From: an uncultured Nitrospiraceae bacterium
Lineage (GTDB): Bacteria; UBA10199; SBBF01
Assembly: GCA_964592255.1 (NCBI GenBank)
Contig: CAZQCI010000006.1
Location: forward strand, 1 to 39,892
DNA: 39,892 nt
Direction of reading: 5' to 3'
In this document: positions 1 through 7,459 of the stretch, piece by piece
How the letters are laid out: the number at the start of each line of letters is the position of its first letter
Numbering within the stretch: the stretch's first letter is position 1
Notes under the pieces: model-generated
Told to the model about the DNA's origin: nothing
The model's database searches: none
Seen by the model: only the letters and a program-made list of their open reading frames with translations
Made by a program: the position numbers and the translations under genes

Positions 1-120
1 AATTGTTTTAAGGACTGCTCAGACAGTTCGAGCTCTTTCAAAAAACCAAAACATACCATTACTCAATTTTGTATTTTATTGATTTGAGGCCGGATAAACA
101 GTAAGGAGGAGAACCTAAAA

Positions 121-1038
121 ATGAAGAAAAGTCTTCCATCCAAACTCTCTCACTTAAAAGTATTGGAGGCCGAAAGCATCCATATCATTCGTGAGGTTGC
201 CGCTGAATTTGAAAACCCTGTCATGCTTTATTCCATTGGCAAGGATTCCTCCGTTATGGTGCGTCTGGCGCAAAAAGCATTTTACCCGGCACCTTTGCCT
301 TTTCCATTGATGCATATCAACACAACTTGGAAATTTAAGGAGATGATTCAATTCCGCGATCAGTTTTGCAAAGCAAACAGTCTGCGGCTGATTGAGCATA
401 TTAACCAGGATGCCATTAAAGAAGGGATCAATCCTTTCACACATGGAAGCCAAAAATATACAACGGCCCTTAAGACACAGGGATTAATCCAGGCGCTGGA
501 CAAATATGGTTTTGATGCCGCTTTTGGTGGAGCCCGACGTGACGAGGAAAAATCGCGTGCCAAGGAGCGGGTTTATTCCTTTCGTGACAAAAATCATCAA
601 TGGGATCCTAAAAATCAGCGGCCGGAATTGTGGAATCTCTACAACAGTAAAATTAACAAAGGTGAAAGCATTCGTGTGTTCCCTCTGTCTAACTGGACGG
701 AATTGGATATTTGGCTCTATATCGAGTTGGAAAAAATTCCCATCGTGCCTCTTTATTATGCCAAGAAACGTCCTGTAGTAGAACGTGGCGGGACACTCAT
801 CATGGTTGATGACGATAGGCTTCCTCTTAAAAAAGGTGAAAAACCACAGATGAAGACAGTGCGGTTCCGAACGCTTGGCTGCTATCCGCTTACGGGTGCC
901 ATTGAATCGAATGCCAAAACACTTAAAGATATTATTCAAGAAATGTTACTGACAAAATATTCCGAACGACAAGGTCGGTTGATCGACAGTGACGAGGATG
1001 CCTCGATGGAGAAGAAAAAACGGGAGGGGTATTTTTAA
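121..1038 (+). CDS. cysD: sulfate adenylyltransferase subunit 2 (CysD)
   Basis: 305-aa ORF with the PP-loop (SIGKDS) of the PAPS-reductase/ATP-sulfurylase small-subunit fold and CysD-like sequence end to end. An AGGAGG RBS precedes the ATG. Confidence 0.9.
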   Translation: MKKSLPSKLSHLKVLEAESIHIIREVAAEFENPVMLYSIGKDSSVMVRLAQKAFYPAPLPFPLMHINTTWKFKEMIQFRDQFCKANSLRLIEHINQDAIKEGINPFTHGSQKYTTALKTQGLIQALDKYGFDAAFGGARRDEEKSRAKERVYSFRDKNHQWDPKNQRPELWNLYNSKINKGESIRVFPLSNWTELDIWLYIELEKIPIVPLYYAKKRPVVERGGTLIMVDDDRLPLKKGEKPQMKTVRFRTLGCYPLTGAIESNAKTLKDIIQEMLLTKYSERQGRLIDSDEDASMEKKKREGYF

Positions 1039-1040
1039 TG

Positions 1041-1136
1041 GTCATCCCCGCGAAGCCCCATAGGGGCGAAGGCGGGGATCCAGGTCCCCAGGGCATGGTG
1101 AACTTGAATCATGGATCCCCGCCTACGCGGGGATGA
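1041..1136. repeat. GC-rich hairpin doublet in the cysD-cysN spacer
   Basis: Two stems of ATCCCCGC / GCGGGGAT. The first encloses an inner GCCCC-ATA-GGGGC hairpin. The second (1114-1136, CTAC tetraloop) has its 3' arm overlapping the predicted cysN ATG. Confidence 0.6.
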
Positions 1137-2578
1137 CAGAAAATATAACAATGCAAGAATCCCAATTAATCAAAAAGGATATCGCCAAATATCTCCGCCT
1201 GCACCAAGAGAAAGAATTGCTGCGCTTTACTACGGCGGGATCCGTGGACGACGGAAAATCCACACTCATCGGGCGACTTTTGTTCGACACTAACGCCGTT
1301 TACGAAGATCAACTGGACTCTGCCCGCAAAGCAACCAAGATGGAAGTGGGGGAAGATATTGATCTCTCTCTTTTAACTGATGGTTTGAAAGCGGAACGCG
1401 AGCAGGGCATTACCATTGATGTTGCTTATCGTTATTTTACCACTGCTAAGCGCAAGTTCATCATCGCAGATACGCCAGGGCATGTTCAATACACCCGCAA
1501 CATGGCAACGGGCGCTTCCACGGCGGATGTGGCCATCATTCTAATTGATGCTCGTTTAGGAGTGCAGCCTCAATCAAAACGCCATGCGATGATCGCTTCT
1601 CTTTTAGGTATTCCAAAATTATTGGTGGCTGTTAACAAGATGGATTTAAAAAATTACAGCCAAAAAGTTTTTGAAGAAATTAAAACTGATTTTCAAAAAA
1701 TTGTTTCAACCATGACTTTTAAAGAAGTGGCTTTTTTTCCGGTGAGCGCCCTCAAGGGTGATAACGTTGCTGAAAAAAGTAAGAACATGCCTTGGTTTAA
1801 AAAAGGAACCGTTCTTAATTTTTTAGAAACAACACCTCTGATCCGGCATACGTCTCAAAGAGATTTGTTTTTTCCAGTTCAGTATGTTCTTCGGCCGGAT
1901 CTTAATTTTAGGGGTTATGCGGGGCAAATTGCCAGTGGTTCTGTTAACGTTGGTGATGAAGTGATGGTGCTGCCCGCCGGAAAAGTAAGCCGGGTTAAAT
2001 CCATTGTCACTTACGATGGAAAAATAAAATCAGCCAGCGAGCCACAATCGGTTGTGCTCACTCTCACCGATGAAGTCGACATCAGCCGTGGGGATGTGCT
2101 GGTGCATAAGAACAATCATTTTAGAGTTAGCCGCCAATTAAAAGCTGATGTCGTATGGATGAACGAAACACCACTTAAACTCAAGCATCCTTACTGGATT
2201 AAACAAGCTTCAAGTTTAGTGACGGGTTCTTTTACAAGTGTGGATCAAGGTCTTGACATCAATACGTTAGAAACCATTTCCGTCACCACCCTCAATCTTA
2301 ACGACATTGGCGAAGTCACTCTTAATTTGAGTCGTCCGTTGGTATTTGAGAATTATGAAAAAAATCGGCAGGCGGGTGCTTTCATCATCATCGACCGTCT
2401 TACCAATGCTACAATGGGTGCGGGGATGGTCTCCAGTGTTTTGGACAATACTATTTTGGATGAAAACGCAACAATGCCGATGGATCAGTTTCTTACTTCA
2501 TTAATCGACGAGAGATCGAGTGAGTCTGAAAAAGCCGACAAAATTATTTCTTATCTGCAACAAAGAAAATTTTTGTAA
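1133..2578 (+). CDS. cysN: sulfate adenylyltransferase subunit 1, GTPase (CysN)
   Basis: P-loop GSVDDGKST, DTPGH, NKMD GTPase motifs and EF-Tu-like domains typical of CysN. The start could instead be the ATG at 1150. Confidence 0.9.
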   Translation: MTENITMQESQLIKKDIAKYLRLHQEKELLRFTTAGSVDDGKSTLIGRLLFDTNAVYEDQLDSARKATKMEVGEDIDLSLLTDGLKAEREQGITIDVAYRYFTTAKRKFIIADTPGHVQYTRNMATGASTADVAIILIDARLGVQPQSKRHAMIASLLGIPKLLVAVNKMDLKNYSQKVFEEIKTDFQKIVSTMTFKEVAFFPVSALKGDNVAEKSKNMPWFKKGTVLNFLETTPLIRHTSQRDLFFPVQYVLRPDLNFRGYAGQIASGSVNVGDEVMVLPAGKVSRVKSIVTYDGKIKSASEPQSVVLTLTDEVDISRGDVLVHKNNHFRVSRQLKADVVWMNETPLKLKHPYWIKQASSLVTGSFTSVDQGLDINTLETISVTTLNLNDIGEVTLNLSRPLVFENYEKNRQAGAFIIIDRLTNATMGAGMVSSVLDNTILDENATMPMDQFLTSLIDERSSESEKADKIISYLQQRKFL

Positions 2579-2581
2579 GTT

Positions 2582-3421
2582 TTACTGCGGATTCAAAATA
2601 TTCTTAAAAAGTAAATCTAGGTTTGTATCTTCAAAAGGAATGGGAAGTCCTAAAGTCTGTTTATCACTCACCGTATTCCATGTGTCATTTATTTTAGAAA
2701 AAACAAATTCTGTCCATAAAATCTGTCCGTTGGCTAGCGTTGGCAAGGCAAGCATAATGCGTTCAGGATCTTCAGGATGTTTGTAACGAATGAGTAAGGC
2801 TTGTTTTGAATTATCGGCATCTAAAGAGACTAGTTGAATTTCTTGCAATTCTCTCCCAGGAGCGGGAATGGGCAGCATGGCTTGTTGTGGACTTTGGCCT
2901 TTAAGGGTTACGGTTACTTGACCCTGATTTATTTCAAAATTTTTAATGGGTACTAGAGGGTTAATTGTTACGTTTTCTGTGCGATTACCCAGTATACTTC
3001 CAAAAACAGTGGTATTGTAAGGAGTGGGGTTAGTTGTATTTAGTTGGGTTATTAAATTGGTCAATTCTTCAAAATTACCAATAAAAGGAAAGGCTGTTGA
3101 TAAGGAAGAAACCCCTTCATTTTTTAGTTTTCCATCCGGAATATTTTTTCCCGCATCGCCCAAATTAATTTTTTCTGTAGGTGTTTTAAAAAGACATGAT
3201 CCATGTTTATTTTTAAAAGAATATCCCGGATGAAAAGCGGCTAGTTCATCATACGCTTTAGCCAAAGCCTCACGTAAAGTTTCTTTATTACCTGATTGTG
3301 AAGAGTCTAAATCGTTAAAGGTATAAGGATCATTAGCCGTTGGATCGGTTTGAATCATCTGAGCTAATTCTTGATTGTTGGTATGCTGAAGAAGTAATTT
3401 ATTAAGCTTATTTTCTGCCAT
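2582..3421 (-). CDS. hypothetical protein (279 aa), distal gene of the sulfur operon
   Basis: Long ORF with no recognisable motif and no signal peptide. It is on the same strand as and directly downstream of cysH, and convergent with cysN (3-nt gap). Confidence 0.5.
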   Translation of the reverse strand: MAENKLNKLLLQHTNNQELAQMIQTDPTANDPYTFNDLDSSQSGNKETLREALAKAYDELAAFHPGYSFKNKHGSCLFKTPTEKINLGDAGKNIPDGKLKNEGVSSLSTAFPFIGNFEELTNLITQLNTTNPTPYNTTVFGSILGNRTENVTINPLVPIKNFEINQGQVTVTLKGQSPQQAMLPIPAPGRELQEIQLVSLDADNSKQALLIRYKHPEDPERIMLALPTLANGQILWTEFVFSKINDTWNTVSDKQTLGLPIPFEDTNLDLLFKNILNPQ

Positions 3422-3466
3422 AAAAGCCCCCTACTTATGTTTATCGGCAAAGAATTTAAAAAGTTG

Positions 3467-4240
3467 TTAAGAATCCATTTCGGTAGAGTCTTTAGGTTCT
3501 TCAACATGGAGACCACATTCTTTGGAATTGGGATCCAGGGCGTTAAACCACCGCCAGCGGCCGGCGCGCCTTGGTTCTGTTGGGGAAATAGGTGTGGTGC
3601 ACAGAATGCAACCCAGCGATTCGTAGGTCCAGCCGTTTTCGTTCCAGTTAAGTAAAGGGTGCATGGGCACTTTGTTTTTCTTGATGTAGTTGCGTAATTG
3701 TTCTTCTGTCCATTTGAGAAGCGGGGAGACTTTTAAAATCGGGTGATGATCTTCCGGATGATGAATGATTTGAAATTGGGGTGTTTTGGCTCTTCGGGCC
3801 GATTGATCGCTGCGTAGTCCGGTAAGCCAAACATCCACGGTTTTGAGAATTTTATTATTGGGGCGCACTTTTCGTATATTGCAGCACAGTTCCTGTTTTT
3901 CTTTGCTGTCGAAAAAAAGATATTCGCCGTTTTCGGAAATCATTTTCTTCAAATCCTCACCATCCGGCTGAGTGCGTTCAATTTGGATTTTATATTTTTT
4001 TTCTATTTCATCGAAGAGTTTATAACTTTCCGGAAAAAGACGGAGCGTATCCAGAGTGAATACACGCGGGTTAACTTTAGCATTGTGTGCTAAGTCGATC
4101 ATGACCACACCTGTTAATTGGCCGCTAGTGCCGATGGCCGCCCGCTTGCCGAAACGTGAAAAAATTTCGCCGATCAATTGACCCGCATCGGTGATTTTTT
4201 CAAGGTCGTGGATTAGCTCGTTATTGATGATAGTTTGCAA
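3467..4240 (-). CDS. cysH: adenylylsulfate (APS) reductase, thioredoxin-dependent, Fe-S type (CysH)
   Basis: PAPS-reductase fold with the C-terminal ECGLH catalytic motif, plus the extra Cys pairs (CC in ELCCNIRK and CxxC in GCILC) that distinguish APS reductases from PAPS reductases. TTG start. Confidence 0.85.
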   Translation of the reverse strand: MQTIINNELIHDLEKITDAGQLIGEIFSRFGKRAAIGTSGQLTGVVMIDLAHNAKVNPRVFTLDTLRLFPESYKLFDEIEKKYKIQIERTQPDGEDLKKMISENGEYLFFDSKEKQELCCNIRKVRPNNKILKTVDVWLTGLRSDQSARRAKTPQFQIIHHPEDHHPILKVSPLLKWTEEQLRNYIKKNKVPMHPLLNWNENGWTYESLGCILCTTPISPTEPRRAGRWRWFNALDPNSKECGLHVEEPKDSTEMDS

Positions 4241-4251
4241 TACTTTATTTA

Positions 4252-4340
4252 TATAACTCCTCCTACCCTCCCCTTATTTTAAGGGGAGGACTATTTATTT
4301 TCCCCCTCTTAATTATAAGAGGGGGTTGGGGGGAGTTATA
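4252..4340. repeat. MITE/REP-like palindromic element, family A
   Basis: Terminal inverted repeats TATAACTCC / GGAGTTATA flank two perfect 10-bp hairpins (CCTCCCCTTA-ttt-TAAGGGGAGG and CCCCCTCTTA-atta-TAAGAGGGGG). It sits in the cysC-cysH spacer. Confidence 0.7.
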
Positions 4341-4343
4341 CAA

Positions 4344-4955
4344 TCAAATAATTTTCTTTTCTTTTAAAAATGCAATGATCTTATCAACACTATCTTTCAA
4401 TCTTTCCTTTCCCGTCTGGAGAATCAATTCCGGGTTAAGAGGGGCTTCGTAAGGAGAAGAAAGTCCAGTAAAGTCGGGAATTTTTCCGTCACGTGCTTTT
4501 TTATACAATCCTTTTGGATCCCGACTTTCACATTCTTCCAACGTGGCGGCACAGTAAATTTCTATAAACCCGCGTTGAGGGATTAAGTTTCTTACAAAAT
4601 CTCTGTCTGTACGAAAAGGAGAGATGAAGGCTGTGAGCACAATAACATTAGATTCAAAAAATAGTTTGGATACTTCACCAATTCTGCGGATGTTTTCTTT
4701 TCGATCTTCTGGGGAAAAACCCAAATTATTATTTAAGCCGTGACGGATATTATCACCATCTAATACTGTGGCGAATTTTTTTTGTTTCAAAAGAATCTTT
4801 TCAACTTCGTAAGAAATTGTGGATTTACCCGAACCGGATAACCCTGTAAACCAAAGTACAGCACCTTTTTGACCCAGCAATTGTTCACGTTGAGCGGCAT
4901 CGATATGAGCCGTTTGCCGCACAATGTTTTGGCTTTTGGGTTGTTTTTCAGTCAT
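4344..4955 (-). CDS. cysC: adenylylsulfate kinase (CysC)
   Basis: P-loop GLSGSGKST and APS-kinase-wide similarity, at 203 aa. Confidence 0.9.
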   Translation of the reverse strand: MTEKQPKSQNIVRQTAHIDAAQREQLLGQKGAVLWFTGLSGSGKSTISYEVEKILLKQKKFATVLDGDNIRHGLNNNLGFSPEDRKENIRRIGEVSKLFFESNVIVLTAFISPFRTDRDFVRNLIPQRGFIEIYCAATLEECESRDPKGLYKKARDGKIPDFTGLSSPYEAPLNPELILQTGKERLKDSVDKIIAFLKEKKII

Positions 4956-5319
4956 TATAGACTTTCATTTCACACGATACGCTTTGGCTTATTTGCTGAA
5001 TATCAGAGTTACCGAATAATTTTTTCAAAAAATTTCTTTTTTCAGTAACCACAACTAAAAGATCCACATCAGGGTCTGCGGCCATTTTTTTACAAACATC
5101 GGCATAACTTCCGGCTTCTTGGCGTGTTTCAAAAGGCGCTTGAAAAGTGCGGCATTGTTTTTCAACCTCGTCGATGATTTTAGAATCCGCATCTTGGCCA
5201 TTTTCTTTCACAAAAACAAAACGGAGTGTTTTATTGCCTTCCTTGCATTTGTGAAGCGCCCAATGAAAACCTTCAGTTGATTGACGAGCCGGGGTAATGA
5301 TGTAGAGGATGAATTTCAA
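4948..5319 (-). CDS. universal stress protein family (UspA-like)
   Basis: 123 aa with an Usp-type alpha/beta fold signature. It overlaps the upstream carrier gene by 4 nt and cysC by 8 nt. TTG start. Confidence 0.6.
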   Translation of the reverse strand: MKFILYIITPARQSTEGFHWALHKCKEGNKTLRFVFVKENGQDADSKIIDEVEKQCRTFQAPFETRQEAGSYADVCKKMAADPDVDLLVVVTEKRNFLKKLFGNSDIQQISQSVSCEMKVYND

Positions 5320-5615
5320 ATTCCCCCCGCAATGGCCGGAACAATACTGATTTCGTCCCCGTCTTTTACTGCAGTTTTTTCTCCCTGTAAAAAACGGATA
5401 TCTTCGTCATTGACATAAAAATTGATAAAGCGGCGCAGTTGACCGCCTTCATCATAAAGACGCGATTTTAGCCCTGCAAATTGAGAGTCTAAGGAGCTTA
5501 AAACTTCACCGACAGTGGTGCCTTTACCTTCAACTTCGCCCAGATTTTGGGTTAGTTTTTGAAGAGGAGTTGGAATGCGCACTTTAATGGCCATAAATAA
5601 AAAGTAATTAGACAC
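5316..5615 (-). CDS. MoaD/ThiS-family sulfur-carrier protein (CysO-like) with a one-residue C-terminal extension (..AGG-I)
   Basis: A core of roughly 90 aa, MAIKVRIP...GEVE...ISIVPAIAGGI, typical of the beta-grasp sulfur carriers. The C-terminus is Gly-Gly-Ile. GTG start with an AAGGA SD, or the internal ATG eight codons downstream. Confidence 0.7.
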   Translation of the reverse strand: MSNYFLFMAIKVRIPTPLQKLTQNLGEVEGKGTTVGEVLSSLDSQFAGLKSRLYDEGGQLRRFINFYVNDEDIRFLQGEKTAVKDGDEISIVPAIAGGI

Positions 5616-5671
5616 CGATCCTTGTCACTAGCTTAAAACTAGGGACCATAAATCAGGGACTAATAACTGTA

Positions 5672-6139
5672 TTAAAGAATTTTTCTTTCTGCAAAATCGC
5701 TCGTTTGGTTGTCCCAATAAAATTCGGAAGAGTTTTTTACTTCACCTCCGTATACCGAGACAACGATATAAGATAAATCTGGAAATAAGGGTTCACCCCA
5801 AGGGGCGGCCATACCTTTATCTTCCGCTGAAAAATAAACACCATGTTCTGGATGCGAGTGAAAAATGCACAAAATCTTTTGATTATTTTTAAGGGCCTCT
5901 TTCTCAATTCGCTCCATATCTTTGGGATCAATTGTGTAGGCTGTTTTAGCATCGCGCGGATAGCGCTGAGGATCTTTCGCATGCACATCATTCTGGATGT
6001 TGTTAACCGCAATCACATTACTGGCGATACGTTTTCCATTAACTAAAGAACCGATGACAAAGCCACACCCTTCGTGAGGGTAACACTTCTCAGATTCTCT
6101 ATAAATGTCCTCTAATAATTGTTGTCGAATTTCTAACAT
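5672..6139 (-). CDS. JAMM/MPN+ zinc metalloprotease (Mec-like)
   Basis: Complete JAMM motif E..HSHPEHGVYFSAED (E, HxH, x7, S, xx, D). It is directly upstream of the sulfur-carrier gene. Confidence 0.8.
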   Translation of the reverse strand: MLEIRQQLLEDIYRESEKCYPHEGCGFVIGSLVNGKRIASNVIAVNNIQNDVHAKDPQRYPRDAKTAYTIDPKDMERIEKEALKNNQKILCIFHSHPEHGVYFSAEDKGMAAPWGEPLFPDLSYIVVSVYGGEVKNSSEFYWDNQTSDFAERKIL

Positions 6140-6158
6140 ATTAACTTTGATAAGTTGT

Positions 6159-6224
6159 CATTGCGAGGCAAGTGGCAACGAAGCAATCCAGCTGGATTAC
6201 CGTGGCCCTGTGGACCTCGCGATG
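6159..6224. repeat. MITE/REP-like palindromic element, family B
   Basis: Terminal inverted repeats CATTGCGAGG / CCTCGCGATG with an inner perfect palindrome AATCCAGCTGGATT. It lies in the spacer between the JAMM and CysM-like genes. Confidence 0.55.
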
Positions 6225-6231
6225 ATGGCTA

Positions 6232-7134
6232 CTACCATTTCATTCCTTCAAAATACCGGTCGCCGTGATCGGGAAAAATGGTGACGATAACGCCCGACTT
6301 TATTTTTTGTGCTAACCGGATACAAGCTAAAAGAGCACCTCCTGACGAGTAGCCAACTAAAAGTCCTTCTTCTTTTCCCAAACGTTCCACTAAATCGTAA
6401 CTGGGTTCGGTTTCTATGCCCATGACCTCGTCCAATTCTGCTTCTTTATAAATTCCTGGAACGATGGAGGTGGGCATGTGTTTTAATCCTTCTAGTCCAT
6501 GCAAAGAATCGGCGGGCTGGGCTCCGACACAATAAATTTTTTTATTAAAATCTTTAAGCCGCCGTGTAATACCCATAGCCGTTCCACTGGTGCCCATGGT
6601 GGCTACAAAGTGAGTGACTTTTTTGTCTGTCTGCTCCCAAATCTCAACGCCTGTTGTGTCGTAATGCGCTTGAGGATTCATGGTGTTATTATATTGGTCC
6701 GGCATAAAATATTTTCCAGGATTTTCCGAAAACAATTTTCTGGAAAGGCGGATGGCGCCATCGGAGCCTTCCATTTCGCTGCTGAAGGTGATGGAGGCAC
6801 CAAAAGCTTTGGCCATTTCCTTGCGTTGATAAGACACATTTCCTGGCATAACCAGTTCCACTTGATATCCTAACGCAGCCCCGACCATGGCGTAGGCTAC
6901 CCCTGTGTTTCCAGATGTGGGGTCCATGATGATTTTATCTTTGGTTAGTTTTCCCGATTTAATTCCTTCCATCACCATTCGGTAGGCGGCACGGTCTTTG
7001 ACCGATCCGCCGGGATTGAAATATTCCAATTTAGCGTAAATGGAAACGGAATCGGGAATTAACCCTTTTACTGTTTCTCGAATACGGACTAAAGGAGTAT
7101 TGCCGATGCGCTCTAATATGGACGACAGAATCAT
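6232..7134 (-). CDS. PLP-dependent cysteine synthase family protein (CysM-like, candidate thiocarboxylate-dependent)
   Basis: Fold-type II PLP enzyme with the lysine motif SVKDR and GNTG. It is clustered with the MoaD-like carrier and JAMM protease, as in CysO/CysM/Mec. Confidence 0.75.
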   Translation of the reverse strand: MILSSILERIGNTPLVRIRETVKGLIPDSVSIYAKLEYFNPGGSVKDRAAYRMVMEGIKSGKLTKDKIIMDPTSGNTGVAYAMVGAALGYQVELVMPGNVSYQRKEMAKAFGASITFSSEMEGSDGAIRLSRKLFSENPGKYFMPDQYNNTMNPQAHYDTTGVEIWEQTDKKVTHFVATMGTSGTAMGITRRLKDFNKKIYCVGAQPADSLHGLEGLKHMPTSIVPGIYKEAELDEVMGIETEPSYDLVERLGKEEGLLVGYSSGGALLACIRLAQKIKSGVIVTIFPDHGDRYFEGMKW

Positions 7135-7136
7135 TC

Positions 7137-7400
7137 TTACCCTTCGATCACATTCATCTCGATGGGTTCCACCGTCAACCCACGCGACTGGAAGAATTTC
7201 ATGGCCTCAGTGACTTTGTCATCTGGCCCTTCTAATTCTACAGCCATCAAACCGACTTGTTCATTAACCGAAGCGGAGCGAATATTGAAGCGGACTTTGT
7301 ATTTGTCATACATGTCGCAAATGATGGCTTCCTTCACTTGCTGAGTGGGGAAAGTTAAATAAACTTTGCGTCGTACGTTTTTAGACATATTTTTGCTCAT
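7137..7400 (-). CDS. NIL-domain protein (87 aa)
   Basis: GLMAVELEGPDDKVTEAMKFFQSRGLTVEPI matches the NIL (MetN C-terminal-like) ferredoxin-like domain. It ends ..VIEG. Confidence 0.55.
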   Translation of the reverse strand: MSKNMSKNVRRKVYLTFPTQQVKEAIICDMYDKYKVRFNIRSASVNEQVGLMAVELEGPDDKVTEAMKFFQSRGLTVEPIEMNVIEG

Positions 7401-7452
7401 CCTTCGACAGGCTCAGGATGTCCTGATGGGGACATGGTGAGCTTGTCGAACC
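7401..7452. repeat. MITE/REP-like palindromic element, family C copy 1
   Basis: Near-perfect 50-nt hairpin TTCGACAGGCTCAGGATGTCC-tgatgg-GGACATGGTGAGCTTGTCGAA that exactly fills the ThrC-like/NIL spacer. Confidence 0.65.
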
Positions 7453-7459
7453 ATGATAC

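Noticed and set aside
154-939. Antisense ORFs inside cysD (154-453, 360-563, 484-939 minus; 506-778 plus)
   Set aside because: They overlap a confidently identified gene on the other strand or frame, and have no motifs.
1111-1293. 60-aa ORF overlapping the cysN start in another frame
   Set aside because: Arg/Pro-rich junk frame. CysN homology is in the +2 frame from 1133.
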